Source: Octopus sinensis
Lineage: Eukaryota
Length of the DNA stretch: 64,000 nt
NCBI RefSeq assembly: GCF_006345805.1
Contig: NC_043011.1
Span: forward strand, 45,458,464 to 45,522,463
Direction: 5' to 3'
Shown: piece by piece, positions 26,087-38,872 of the stretch
Layout: every line of letters begins with the position of its first letter
Position numbering within the stretch: the stretch's first letter is position 1
The notes under the pieces: model-generated
Told to the model about the DNA's origin: nothing
Database searches by the model: none
What the model saw: only the letters and a program-made list of their open reading frames with translations
Program-made: the position numbers and the translations under genes

Positions 26087-26164
26087 CTACTCCTACTACT
26101 ACTACTACTACTACTACTACTCCTACTCCTACTCCTACTACTACTACTACTACTACTACTGCTG

Positions 26165-26258
<94 letters not shown>

Positions 26259-26325
26259 CGCCACCACCACTACCACCACCATCATCATTACATCACCATC
26301 ATCATCACCACCATCATCAACAAAT
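26030..26325. repeat. (CTA)n/(CTG)n/(CAT)n trinucleotide run
   Basis: Read directly. Confidence 0.95.
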
Positions 26326-26679
26326 AAAAACAACATTTACCTTAAACGTTGTTTATATCAGATGTGTGTGTGGTGTGTGTGTGTGTGTGTGTCTGTATTA
26401 GTGTGTACATGGGTACATGGCGATGTGTATACATCTATGTATGTGTATATGTGTATGTGTGAGTACATCTGTGTGTACTCGTATATGTATATATTCCTGT
26501 ATGTGTTGTACACGTGAGTGTATGTGCGTGATAGTGTGTGTGTGTGTGTGTGTAAAGATATATATGTAGAGTATATATGTGTGTGAACACGTGCAACTTG
26601 CAATGTTCTTGTGTGTAGTTTGTATTTGTGGGCGGCGCATGTGAACGTGTGCGTACATGTATATACGTGTGTGTGTATG

Positions 26680-27380
26680 TGTGGGTGTGGGTGCTTGTGT
26701 GTGTATGTGTGTGATTGTCTTTGTGTGTATGTGAGTGTGTGTGTATGTGTGGGTGTGTGTGTTTGTGTGTGTATGTGTGTGATTGTCTTTGTGTGGATGT
26801 GAGTGTGTGTGTATGTGTGGGTGTGTGTGTTTTTGTGTGATATGCTTTGATGTCTTTGTGTGGATGTGAGTGTGTGTGTATGTGTGGGGTGGTGTGTTGT
26901 GTGGTGTATGTGTGTGATTGTCTTTTTGTGTATGTGAGTGTGTGGTATGTGTGGGTGTGGTTTTTTGGAGTGTGGTTTGTTTGTGTATGTGTGTGATAGT
27001 CTTTGTGTGTATAGTGTGTGTGTATGTGTGGGTGTGTGTGTTTTTGTGTGTATGCGTGTGATTGTCTTTGTGTGGATGTGAGTGTGTGTGTATGTGTGGG
27101 TGTGTGTGTTTTTGTGTGTATGCGTGTGATTGTCTTTGTGTGGATGTGAGTGTGTGTGTATGTGTGGGTGTGTGTGTTTGTGTGTGTATGCGTGTGATTG
27201 TCTTTGTGTGGATGTGAGTGTGTGTGTATGTGTGGGTGGGTGTGTTTGTGTGTGTATGTGTGTGATTGTCTTTGTGTGTATGTGAGTGTGTGTGTATGTG
27301 TGGGTGTGTGTGTTTGTGTGTGTATGTATGTGATAGTCTTTGTGTGTATATGAGTGTGTGTGTGTATGTGTGTGTTAGCA
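26680..27380. repeat. (GT)n-derived 68-bp minisatellite
   Basis: The ATTGTCTTTG anchor recurs at 27061, 27129, 27197 and 27265. Confidence 0.9.
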
Positions 27381-27584
27381 TGTGAGCGTCTCCGCGTGGC
27401 TGTGAGATTACTTCCCAGTCACATGGTTCCGGGTTCAGTCCCTCTTTGTGACACCTTGGGGTAAGTGCCTTCTGAATAATATTGATTACAAATTTTGCAC
27501 AAGGCCAGCAATTTCGGCTGAGAGGTAAAGTCGGTTACATCGATTCCAGTGATCAACTGGTACTTATTTTATTGACCTCGAGAG

Positions 27585-27587
<3 letters not shown>

Positions 27588-27643
<56 letters not shown>

Positions 27644-28108
27644 AATTATTGTATACAGTGCTCAGGTACACCACAACTTGTCAAAAGTGCGTATAAAGCA
27701 TATACAGTAATGTACAAATGTCTGGAGAGTGAACAGTGTATGAGTCAGATACATGCTTGTGTGTGTATGGAGGGGAGAAAATCAGGTGTAGTGTTGGCGA
27801 ATCTCAGGAAGCATGGAAGTTTTGAAGGATGCAGTGCTCCGACAACTAACAACAGATGCCGGCAGTTTGTTCCATGCTTCAGCAACTTTTAGCGTGAAAA
27901 AATGTTTCCAAAAGTCATGGGAGTTGTGCTGTTTTCTGACTTTGTAAACATGTCCACGGGTGTTAGACAGGTGGAGTTTGAAAAGATGCTCAGAGTTATT
28001 GTTTGTAAGATGGTTAATAATTTTATGGGTGTCTGCCAAGTTAGCTGCCAGACGTCGGAGTTTCAATGTATCCATGCCCAGGGAAGTAAGGCGTTCAGAA
28101 TATGGCAA
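27588..28108 (-). mobile_element. CR1-type LINE 3' end with (ATT)n tail
   Basis: ORF 27782-28108 PYSERLTSLGMDTLKLRRL...TRGH...FFTLKVAEAWNKLP matches the CR1 ORF2 C-terminus, followed by a short 3'UTR and (ATT)n. Confidence 0.85.
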
Positions 28109-28109
28109 T

Positions 28110-29625
28110 TGCCCGATGGAGGGTATTCTCTTGAAGGCAAAGTCAACTTCGGCGGCATTTGAACTCAGAACATAAAGTTTCCCGGCGCGGTAACGATTCT
28201 TTCTGCTCGCCGCTTTTCTTCAGTTTGATTTTATATTCTTTTAACGCGGGAAACTGGCAGGATCGTTAGAACGTCGTGTAAAACGCTTAGTAGCACTTCT
28301 TCTAGTTGCCCACCGAGGTCAAATTTCGCTGATGTTGACTTTATCTTTTATCCTTTCGGGGTCAATAATTAAGTACCAGTTGAGAACTAGGGTCTATGTA
28401 ACCGACGTGTAGCCCCTTCTCCGAAACTGTTAGCCTTGTGCGAAAATTTGAAGCAAAAGCTTCGCAGCATTTTCTCTATCGATGTCGACTTTGCGTAACT
28501 GGTACTTATTTCTTCGACTCCTTTTGGAGTCGAAGAAATAAGTACCAGTTACGCACTGGGGTCGATGTAATCGACTTACCCCCTCCCCCAATGTTTTAGG
28601 CCTTGTGCCTTCAGTAGAAAAGATTATAAGCTGACTTTAAAACAAACATCAATATATATATGCGTGTAGGGCGGCGAACCGGCAGAACTGTTAGCACGCC
28701 GGGCGAAATGCTTAGCGGTATTTCCTCTGCCGTTACGTTCTGAGTTCAAATTCCGCCGAGGTCGACTTTGCCCTTCATCCTTTCGGTGTCGATTAAATAA
28801 GTACCAGTTACGCACAGAGGTCGATATAATCAACTTAATTCGGTTGTCTGTCCTTGTTTGTCCTCTCTGTGTTTAGCCCCTCGTGGGTAGTAAATAAATA
28901 GGTATTCCGTCTGCCGTTACGTTCTGAGTTCAAATTCCGCCGAGGTCGACTTTGCCTTTCAACCTTTCAGGTTCGATAAATTAAGTACCAGTTACGTACT
29001 GGGTCGATGTAATCGACTTAATCCGTTTGTCTGTCCTTGTTTGTTCCCTCTATGTTTAGCCCCCTGTGAGCAATAAAGAAATAGATATATGTATGCGTGT
29101 GTATTATTCATTTATTTACAGTTTGATTCGGCTCCATGCAGCTTAAAGTTTCGTGGGCTCGTCAAACGAATCTTAGTGACAGTGACGTAACTTTGTACTA
29201 CTGTCCGTAGATTTCTGTAGGGGAAAATATTCTTTCCTACTTTAGGCACGAGACCCGAAATTTTGGAGGAAGGGGCCAGTACGCAAATGGTACTTAATTT
29301 ATCGAACCCGAAAGGATGAAAGGCAAAGTCGACCTAGGCGGAGTTTGAATTCAGAACGTAATACCTATTTCTTTACTACCCACAGACGAAATACCTATTT
29401 CTTTACTACCCACAAGGAGCTAAACACAGAGGGGACAAACAAGGACAGACAAACGGATTAAGTCGATTACATCGACTCCAGTGCGTAACTGGTACTTATT
29501 TGATCGACCCCGAAAGGATGAAAGGCAAAGTCGACCTCGGCGGAATTTGAAATCAGAACGTAGCGGCAGACGAAATACCGCTAAGCATTTCGCCCGGCGT
29601 GTTAACGTTTCTGCCAGCTCACCAC
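28110..29625. mobile_element. Cluster of SINE B copies (28110-28215 -, 28250-28625 +, 28665-29085 + with two units, 29225-29625 -)
   Basis: Repeated SINE B head and body motifs. Confidence 0.8.
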
Positions 29626-30169
29626 CTTCGGCAGGGGAAAGTATTAAAAAAAGAAAAAGCTTGAGCAAGTTGAGGGATTCCAGTGAGGGACAAGCCCTGG
29701 GAAGACAGGCTTGGAAAAAAAGTGCTTTGAACGTTGGACGGTGATAAACAGTTGAGAGAAGAGATGTATCACGATCTGTAGAAATGTACTACAACATCTC
29801 CTCCCTTGAAGAGAAACAAGTCTCACCCCGCTGACCACAGTCCTATTACATTCATTTCCAATATTTCAGCGGCGGTGGAGAGAAAGAGACAGTCATCAAC
29901 AGCAGCCATCTTAAACTTTTTTTGTATATCTTTCTTTCTCACTCCTTAATAACCAGCAGGTGCAGCTTTTACACAGTTCTCTTCAGTGGAGACTTCCTCT
30001 TCTCTTTCAGGCCCCACTCGTCGAGAGATTTCCTTGTTTTTGACATCAACTAAAACAGTCCACTGTTTTCAGTGAACCAATCCTTGAAATCTGTCTAAAT
30101 CTGCTAAAACTGTCCATCATTCAGCTTTTGAATTCGACTTCCTGTCAGAATGTATTCTTATAAGTGTTC

Positions 30170-30738
30170 GCGGACCTTTCTCTCTTTCTCTCTCTCTCTT
30201 TATTTCTTCCTCTCTCTTCTTCTCAATCTCTCTCTACCTTTCTTTATCTTTCTTTTACTGCATCTTTCTTTCTCTCACTCTCTCTCTCTCTCACTATCTG
30301 TTCTCAACCTCTCTCTCTCTCTTTCACTCTCTCATTTTTTCTTCTCCCCCCTCTCTCTCCCTCACTTTCTTACTATCTGTTCCCTACCTCTCTCTTTCTT
30401 TCTCACATTCTCTTACTATGTTCCCAACTTCTCTCTTTCTCTCTCACCCTCTCGCTCTCTCATTTCTTTCTTTTTCTCCTCTCTCAGTCTCACATCCAGT
30501 CCCTTTCTTTCTCCCTCCCTCTCTCTCCCTCTCTCTCTCTGTCTTTCATTTCCTTTTTCTTTTTTCCTCCCTCTCTCTCACTCTCACTGTCTCTTATTCT
30601 TGCTCATCATCACTCTCTCATTGTCTCTCCCCATCTCTTTTTCTCTCACTGTATTTCTCTCGTTCCTTATTTCTTTGTCTCTCACTGTCTCTTCCCACCT
30701 TCTCCCTCCCTCTTATTGTCTCTTTCTCACTACCTCTT

Positions 30739-30776
<38 letters not shown>

Positions 30777-30856
30777 TCATCTCTCATTTAGTCTTTCTCT
30801 CTAGTACTCTCACTGTCTCCTCCACCTCTCTTTCTAACTGTATCTCTTTCCCTGCA

Positions 30857-30900
<44 letters not shown>
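30170..30900. repeat. CT-rich low-complexity tract
   Basis: Read directly. Confidence 0.95.
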
Positions 30901-31431
30901 TCGCCATCACCATCGCCACCACCATCGCCACCACCACTACCACCACCATCACCGCTGCCAAAGCAGCCACCACCACCCTTCCTTCCTCTCCAACCTTCCA
31001 CATCCATGCATCACCCCCCACGCAATTTCGACGTGTCAGTCCCAAACCAGCATTTATTCCATGAACAAAAAAAAAAAACCATTCGCCTCTGGTTGACTGC
31101 CAGTTACAGCAGACGATACGATTTACAAACTAACCACCGCCGTAATCAATAAAGTCAATCACCTCTAGATTCAGAAAATAAACTTTTCTGCTATTTGGTT
31201 GCGTTGATGCTGCTATTGTTATATAAGTTGTGCCAACGAGTTGCTCCCGTAGAAGCGACGTGGTTATTTTTTTAAAAATCTGTCCTGTTTATTTCTAAAG
31301 TAAAAGGCTTATCCTACTGCATCTAATTATTTCCAGAGTCTTTGTAAGACGGTGACATACGAGAGAGAGAGAGAGAGAGAAGCTGGGTTTACAACACCTT
31401 TCTACCCTCCGCACGCATAATATTGAATCAT

Positions 31432-31935
31432 CATCGTCATCATCATCATCATCATCATCATCGTTTAACGTCCGTTCTCCATGCTAGCATGGGTTGGACG
31501 GTTCGACCGGGGATCTGGGAAGCCAGAAGGCTGCGCCAGGCCCAGTCTTTTCTGGCAATGTTTCTACAGCTGGATGCCCTTCCTAACGCCAACCACTCCG
31601 TGAGTGTAGTGGGTGCTTTTTACGTGCCACCCGCACAAGTGCCAGGCAAGGATGGCAACGGCCACGGTCGGATTGGTGCATTTTACGTGCCACCGGCACG
31701 GAAGCCAGTCGAGGCGGCACTGGCTTCGGCCACGATTCGGATGGTGCTTTTTACGTGCCACCGGCACGGAAGCCAGTCGAGGCGGCACTGGCTTCGGCCA
31801 CGATTCGGATGGTGCTTTTTACGTGCCACCGGCACGGAAGCCAGTCGAGGCGGCACTGGCTTCGGCCACGATTCGGATGGTGCTTTTTACGTACCGCCAG
31901 TCCAGGGGTCCTGGCATCTGCCGGGTGCCAGTCAT
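31432..31935 (-). mobile_element. Retroelement-derived repeat with (TGA)n tail and three identical 68-bp units
   Basis: (CAT)n at 31427-31462 is read as a minus-strand tail. TTACGTGCC recurs at 31683, 31751 and 31819, with a variant at 31887. Each unit contains the hairpin GAAGCCAGT-N9-ACTGGCTTC. Confidence 0.6.
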
Positions 31936-32259
31936 AGAATTGGTTCAATTTCGTATATATACCTATATACACAAACACTCTCTTTCTTTCTCACACACAC
32001 ACATTTATCTTTTAGACGTAATGCCAGATCGTTGTCTTGAGTCAGGTAAATCTGAGAGCGATGGTTCAAATTTCAGTAGGGCCTTCACTGCACACGCGTC
32101 TACATTCCTACCTGCAAGTGTGTAAAGAAACGTACATCAGCAGATACTGTTCTACACTCATATCTACATATATGTATACACACTAACACATACACACACA
32201 CAAATACACACACACGCACACACAAACGCAAAAGCACACGGGCGCAGGCAACCGTATAT

Positions 32260-32480
32260 CTTTTATCTTTCACTTGTTTCAATCGTTAGACTGCGGCCAT
32301 ACTGGAGTACCGCCTTGAACAAGTTTTAGTTGAACAAATCGACACCTACTTTTTTTACGCCTGCAACTTAGTCTATGGGTCTCATTTGCCGAACAATTAA
32401 ATTAAGGAGACATAAACACACCAACACCGAGTGTCAAGCGGTGATTGGGGATAAACACAAAGACTCCTCACATCCACACG

Positions 32481-32526
<46 letters not shown>

Positions 32527-32690
32527 TGTATGACAGGCTTCTCACAGTTCCCCTCTACCAAATCCATTCATAAGGCTTTGGCCGGCCCAAAGCTAGAGTT
32601 GAAGACACTTTCTCGAAGTTCTACACGGTGGGATTGAACCCGGAACCATGTGGTTGGGAAGCAAGCTTCTTACCACACAGCTACGCCTAT
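32260..32690 (-). mobile_element. SINE family A, diverged full-length copy
   Basis: Tail, microsatellite and head motifs are recognisable. Confidence 0.8.
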
Positions 32691-32862
32691 ACTTTTATGT
32701 ATGTATGTATGTATGTATGTATGTAGGTATGTATGTATGCATGCATGTGTGTGTGTGTGTATTATATATGTACATAATACATACTACATACATACATACA
32801 TACCTACATACATACATACATACATACATACATGTATATATATATATATATATTATATATAG

Positions 32863-32913
<51 letters not shown>

Positions 32914-32962
32914 AAACAAGTCAAAATAGAAAATGCTAATTAAAATAATTTTATAGTGAACA

Positions 32963-33006
32963 TTTCAGTACGGTTCGGTCATTTTGAGACCTTTTCAACT
33001 GTAACG
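32963..33006 (-). ncRNA. Inverted copy of the pLTR hammerhead-like motif, missing 2 nt
   Basis: Minus strand reads CAG-TTGAAAA-GGTC-TCAAAAT-GACC-GAA-CCG-TA-CTG. Confidence 0.45.
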
Positions 33007-33327
33007 ATTAAATAATTAAATTTAGAAAAATTAGAAGAAAAGTTTTTTAAAGGAATATTTCTATAGTAGTGTTCAGATTTAAGTGGCATTCTGCCTTTCT
33101 CTGACTCCCTTGTTTGCACTTGTGTGTTCGAGGTAGTTGTGAATTCTTGATAGGGTAGAAGAAGAAGAAGAAGGCTGATGAGGAGAGGGGGTGGGATACA
33201 ATATCAGGAATACCCCCACTTCAAGCAGAGAAAGGATAAATCAACACCCACAGCATAGACACTGCAACCTTATCCCCACCCAAAAGAGTTACCAACGAAA
33301 TCTTCGTCCCAACAACCGTTAAACACC

Positions 33328-35760
33328 ATGCACAACAAACCCACACCACTTGCAATGATTACCAACGAAGGCCTCCTAGAACACCACACACCGAATATGG
33401 GATATCGGGATGCTCTCCTCAATACTGCTCCAAGAACACACACCATAAATCACAACAGGAGACCCCACATTTACAAAGAACAACTATATAATATCTACCG
33501 TCCCAACACCCGCATTCATTTTTTAGACCCAATACGCAAACCAGAGACACAAGATAGCACCAAACAAGCAGGAGGAACCAAAAGTAATAAAAATTATCAA
33601 TCTAACTCACAAGGAACTAACAGCAAACCAAATAAACATACTTTCCAAGGACTCAAGTTTACAACCCACCCCACACCCCCCCAACTACAATGAAATGAAA
33701 GAAGACATCGCAGAATTCTGCAGAAAATTAAGACTTACTGAGGAGCTATACGATAAATACAACGAGGACGAATCGTTACCCCTCGAAAGGTAAGAACAAA
33801 ACACTTGATGATTTCTGTGACCACATATCAAATTACCCATATCAACATATGCACAAACAAAAACACAAACCAAACTTCAGCAAAAAAGAATGGGCTGAGT
33901 TGAACAAATTAAAACAAGATAAAACAATAACAATCAAAGAGGCCGATAAAGGGAGTGCTGTTGTCTTCATGGATACGACATTTTACATAACTTTGGTACT
34001 TTCTATGCTGGAAGACACAACATACTATGAAAAGGCACAAAACTACAGTCAACAAAAAATAATGAGGGAACTAAAATCCATGTTAAACCCATACAAAGCA
34101 GGGCTCACCGACAAAGAATATGATTATATGACCAATTTCACAAGTAAAACCAGCCAATTCTACGGTATACCTAAGATCCACAAAAGTGAGAAAATAAGCA
34201 ACGCATGCAAGATAGCTACAGACAAAATAATTAAGTCCCTAATCCTAATGACCTCAAATTGAGACCCATAATAGCCAGGTCCCGCATGCGAAACCCACCG
34301 CCTCAGTAACTTTTTAGACACCCTGTTAAAACCACTCCTCAAACATGTCAAAAGCTATATAAGGGACGACTTAGATATGCTCAATCACCTACCGAATACT
34401 ATAAACAAAAACACCATACTGGTATCCTTCGATGTAGTCAACCTCTACTCCAATATCCCCCACAACCTAGGACTAGAGGCAATCCAATTCTGGCTAGAGA
34501 ATCACGCCAACGAACTACCACACCGCATCAAAAAAGAATTCGTGATAGAAGGGGTTAAATTCATCCTGGAAAATAACTTCTTCGCCTTCAATGACAACTT
34601 CTACCGACAAAAATCGGGGACTGCGATGGGTACACGAATGGCCCCCTCCTTTGCCAACCTAATCATAGGATATCTACAGATCAGTCTGTATCGTAAGGTT
34701 CTAGAAAGATATGGCAGCCCTTTCTCCATCTACATAGAAAACAACTGGAAGAGATATCTAGATGACTGTTTCATCCTTTGGCATAAAAATATAGAAAAAC
34801 TCATAGAATTCCAGGAAATTTTAAACGGACTGGACGTAAACATCCAATTCACGATGGAATATAGCCAGCAACAACTCCCCTTCCTCGATATCCTCATTAA
34901 GAAAGCTAATAATATAATAGAAACAGACATATATTATAAGCCTACAGACTCTAAGCAATATCTTCCATTCAATTCATGCCACCCCAGACACACCAAGATG
35001 AATATATCCTTCAATCTAGCAAAAAGGATATGCACTATAGTCTCTAACGCAAACACCAGAGACACACGACTACAAGAACTAAAAGATACCCTTATCACCA
35101 GGAACTATCCACCTTCACTTATTGACAAGTGCATTCAACGTGCCCTTCAACTTAACATCAAGGAACTGAGACATCCCAAATCAAAGAAAAACTTACAACC
35201 AAAAGCCTTACCATACATCTCCACACACAACCCTCTCAATAACGAAGCCTTCGGCACCATCCTCCACAACATACCCCTCCTAAAAGAAGACCACAGAATG
35301 AACACAATCCTCAAAACACACACGATCATAAAAAGCAAGAGACAGCCTAATCCATGAAAAGTCTCCTAACACAAGCCCGAATTCACTCTTCAACACAGAA
35401 GCCGACAGTAAAAAAATGTGGAAGACCCAATTGCGGGATATGCGACTATCTAATTGAGGGATCAGAGTTCTCCTTCAAACAGGGACAACGGTTTACAGTG
35501 AAAAGCAACTTCACATGTGCTTGGAGATCCTAATATACTCACTAACCTGCTCCGGGTGTCAAGAGCATACATAGGCCAAACAAAAAATAGTTGCGTAAAC
35601 GAATGGCCCTGCACAGATCCCAGATAAAAATTCCCCAAAACAAAAAATAGCTTTTAGCCAACACATAGATACTTGCGCCAACAAAAAAACACCAAGCTTC
35701 AGGATTTTCCCCCTCTACCAATTTAGGGACGATACAACCTCGAGACAACGAATAAGTAAA
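33328..35760 (+). pseudogene. Frameshifted PLE reverse transcriptase + GIY-YIG endonuclease ORF
   Basis: Motifs GLKF, IKEADKGSAVV, FYGIPKIHK, LVSFDVVNLYSNI, GTAMGTRMAPSFANL, WKRYLDDCF and FLD. A Cys motif CGRPNCGIC and an NFTC..IY.LTCSGC...YIGQT pattern (reconstructed across indels) follow. Several single-base frameshifts are present. Confidence 0.9.
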
Positions 35761-36530
35761 GAAACTCTCTTTATTACAAAATACAGGCCACTTCTTAACG
35801 GTCACGACAAACAATTGATTTACCTCACTTTAGAATAAAAGAAATATACACACACAATATTACATTCCAAAGATCCTTACTAAATCCATAACATGCCAAC
35901 TTCAAGTCATACTTTCACCCTCATACTTTCACCCATTCATATTCTCACTACTTTCACCATTCATATTCTCCCTTCTCTGTTTTTTTCTTCTTTCTTCCTC
36001 TTTCTTCATCATCATCATTATCATCATCATCGTCGTCATCATCATCACCTCATCATCACCCCTCATCATCATCTCATCTCTCCTTCTCCTTCTTCTTTCT
36101 CTCTTCTTCACATCATCATCATCAACATCGTCATCTCTTCTTCTTCTTCTTCTTCTTCTTCTTCTTCTTCTTCTTCTTCTTCTTCTACTCTCCACCTTCT
36201 ACCTCTTAACTTTGTCACTAATGCTTTTTAGTATAACACCTACGCAAATTCCATAAACAAGCCTTTCAATAGAAATATTCTCCTGAATTGAACTGCGACT
36301 GCTAGCCGCCACTGACCATTCAAAATACGACCATCAGGGCACTCCCAGATTTTCCCACCCCCTCTCCTCATCAGCCTTCTTCTTCTTCTACCCTATCAAG
36401 AATTCACAACGACCTCCAACACACAAGGGAGTCAGAGAAAGGCAGAATGCCACTTATATCTGAACACTACTATAGAAATATTCCTTTAAAAAAACTTTTC
36501 TTCTAATTTTTCTAAATTTAATTATTTAAT

Positions 36531-36577
36531 CGTTACAGTTGAAAAGGTCTCAAAATGACCGAAACCGGTACTGAAAT
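36531..36577 (+). ncRNA. Minimal type I hammerhead-like motif with U3-A8 core in the 3' pLTR
   Basis: GTTACAG-TTGAAAA-GGTC-TCAAAAT-GACC-GAAA-CCGG-TA-CTGAAAT. Stems I and II pair, stem III is the palindrome ACCGGT, and the site is GUA. Confidence 0.7.
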
Positions 36578-36834
36578 GTTCACTATAAAATTATTTTAGC
36601 ATTTTCTATTTTGACTTGTTTTTTCATATATATCAACTCGTGTGTTCCTTTCACCTTATACTACACACACACACACACACCCACACACACACACACACAC
36701 ACACACATATAATAATATATATATATATTATATATATATAACATTTTCATTCATAGCATTTTATTCGATTACCCGATAACTGAAGAGATGCGGTGTGGGT
36801 TTCCGACCGAATAATTGTCACATATTATATTTAC

Positions 36835-36882
<48 letters not shown>

Positions 36883-36889
36883 GGCTAAA

Positions 36890-37160
36890 TGTAGTTTCTT
36901 TGTTGTAGTTTAATTAATAATGTTAGTGTTTGTTCCTTCCTAGAATTAAGATTGAATGAATGTGAGGATATCTAAGGTATGTTTGTTCCCAAACAACACT
37001 TATTTTAGTGCTGTTGACATCACCGAATTGAATGGTACTGCACCCAGGTGTCGAAACCATAGTGATATCCGTGGGGTAGTTGATGATGGAGGTGCATTAA
37101 GTTGGTATAGCTGTTTTTGTATGTGCGAAATAGTTAGTTTTGTAAAACAAATCCATTAAA
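36890..37160 (-). mobile_element. Decayed coding-like repeat fragment (PLE-like), paralogous to 52920-53060 (+)
   Basis: Shared blocks CCTCCATCATCA.CT, GTTTCGACAC.TG and ATTCAATTCGG. The PLE assignment is tentative. Confidence 0.45.
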
Positions 37161-37172
37161 TATATTATATAT

Positions 37173-37241
<69 letters not shown>

Positions 37242-37389
37242 CGGAGTAAACACATAAATGTGAAACAAGGTGGAAAAAAGAGTACTCAAATACCAGGGGT
37301 AGAGTAATGTTCTTTATTTAAAAGGAACGGGAATGTGAAACTCCGAGTAACAGGTTTTGTTGAATTTCTGCTGCTTTTAAATAAAGTAT

Positions 37390-37457
37390 ATATTATATAT
37401 ATATATATACACATACACTAACACACACGCACACGCACACACGCACACGCACACACA

Positions 37458-37493
<36 letters not shown>

Positions 37494-38051
37494 ACAACAA
37501 CAACAACAACAACACAACAACAAGCGGTTTCCTTACGGCGTCTTTCAACACTTATGGAAGTCATCCGGTACGTAAATTTTCTCAGGCAAATAATTTCAAG
37601 GTTTAACAACGTTGCCTTGCAAGATCTTAGTAACAGAGCAAGAAGGTCTCATCCGGCTCGAGAGTCATACTTCCGCCAAGACAGCTTGCTGCATCGGTTA
37701 TTTCCTGTTCTGATAAAAAAAAAACAAACAAAAAAAAAACATAGGCGTTAAAATATTTTTGTTTTTGTTGTTGTTTAATCTCAGATCAGAGTTGATGCAG
37801 CACATTCGCGATAAAAAATGATAATCCATTTATCTTTTAGAAATGATGCCAGGTCATTGTCTTGAGTCAGGTAAATTTGACAGCAATGGTTCAAATCTCA
37901 GTAGGGCCCTCAATACACACGCGTCTACATTCAAACCTACAAGTGTGTAAAGAAACGTACATCAACAGATACAATTCTAAACGCATATCTACATGTATGT
38001 ATACATATATATAGATCCACAATCATACATCTACAATAATATACACATCGC

Positions 38052-38086
<35 letters not shown>

Positions 38087-38118
38087 ATATGCTACATCTC
38101 CATTTTCTGAATTTTAAT

Positions 38119-38149
<31 letters not shown>

Positions 38150-38197
38150 CACATACACTAACACACACGCACACGCACACAACCACACGCACACACA

Positions 38198-38264
<67 letters not shown>

Positions 38265-38872
38265 GCGGTTTCCTTACGGCGTCTTTCAACACTTATGGAA
38301 GTCATCCGGTACGTAAATTTTCTCAGGCAAAATATTTCAAGGTTTAACAACGTTGGCCTTGCAAGATCTTAGTAACAGAGCAAGAAGGTCTCATCCGGCT
38401 CGAGAGTCATACTTCCGCCAAGACAGCTTGCTGCATCGGTTATTTCCTGTTCTGATAAAAAAAAAAACAAACAAAAAAAAAACATAGGCGTTAAAATATT
38501 TTTGTTTTTGTTGTTGTTATCTCAGATCAGAGTTGATGCAGCACATTCGCGATAAAAAATGAAATCCATTTATCTTTTAGAAATGATGCAGGTCATTGTC
38601 TTGAGTCAGGTAAATTTGACAGCAATGGTTCAAATCTCAGTAGGGCCCTCAATACACACGCGTCTACATTCAAACCTACAAGTGTGTGTAAAGAAACGTA
38701 CATCAACAGATACATTCTAAACGCATATCTACATGTATGTATACATATATATAGATCCACAATCATACATCTACAATAATATACACATCGCTATAATATC
38801 TTATATTTATATATATTATATATGTGTGTATAATGCTACATCTCCATTTTCTGAATTTTAATTTATGTATAT

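Larger units (their letters stand above)
32905..36633 (+). mobile_element. Penelope-like retroelement (Neptune-type) with inverted 5' pseudo-LTR
   Basis: 32905-33196 is the reverse complement of 36353-36633. RT and GIY-YIG remnants lie between them, and (TA)n is at the left junction. Confidence 0.92.

Noticed and set aside
29660-30110. Possible LINE 3' remnant or exon
   Set aside because: All + frames after the strong acceptor at about 30010 are closed. The minus-strand LINE similarity (RSKHFF...HWNP) is too degenerate to assign.
31683-31886. CRISPR-like appearance of regular hairpin repeats (also the SINE B arrays)
   Set aside because: There are no unique spacers, the context is eukaryotic, and these are simple tandem units.
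32010-32105. Minus-strand reading ACAVKALLKFEPSLSDLPDSRQRSGI, resembling an ankyrin-repeat half
   Set aside because: The paralogue at 37.85 kb has an in-frame TGA and the minus-strand splice sites are poor. The + strand micro-exon reading has much better sites.
35340-35365. In-frame TGA in the PLE ORF as possible selenocysteine (as in some PLE clades)
   Set aside because: It is explained by a single-base frameshift (restoring ...QPKSMKSLLT). Several other frameshifts are present and no SECIS was recognised.
36779-36826. CTGAAGA...CGAATAATTGTC hammerhead-like string
   Set aside because: A15.1 is missing, stem II is poorly paired and there is no stem I. At most a decayed relic.
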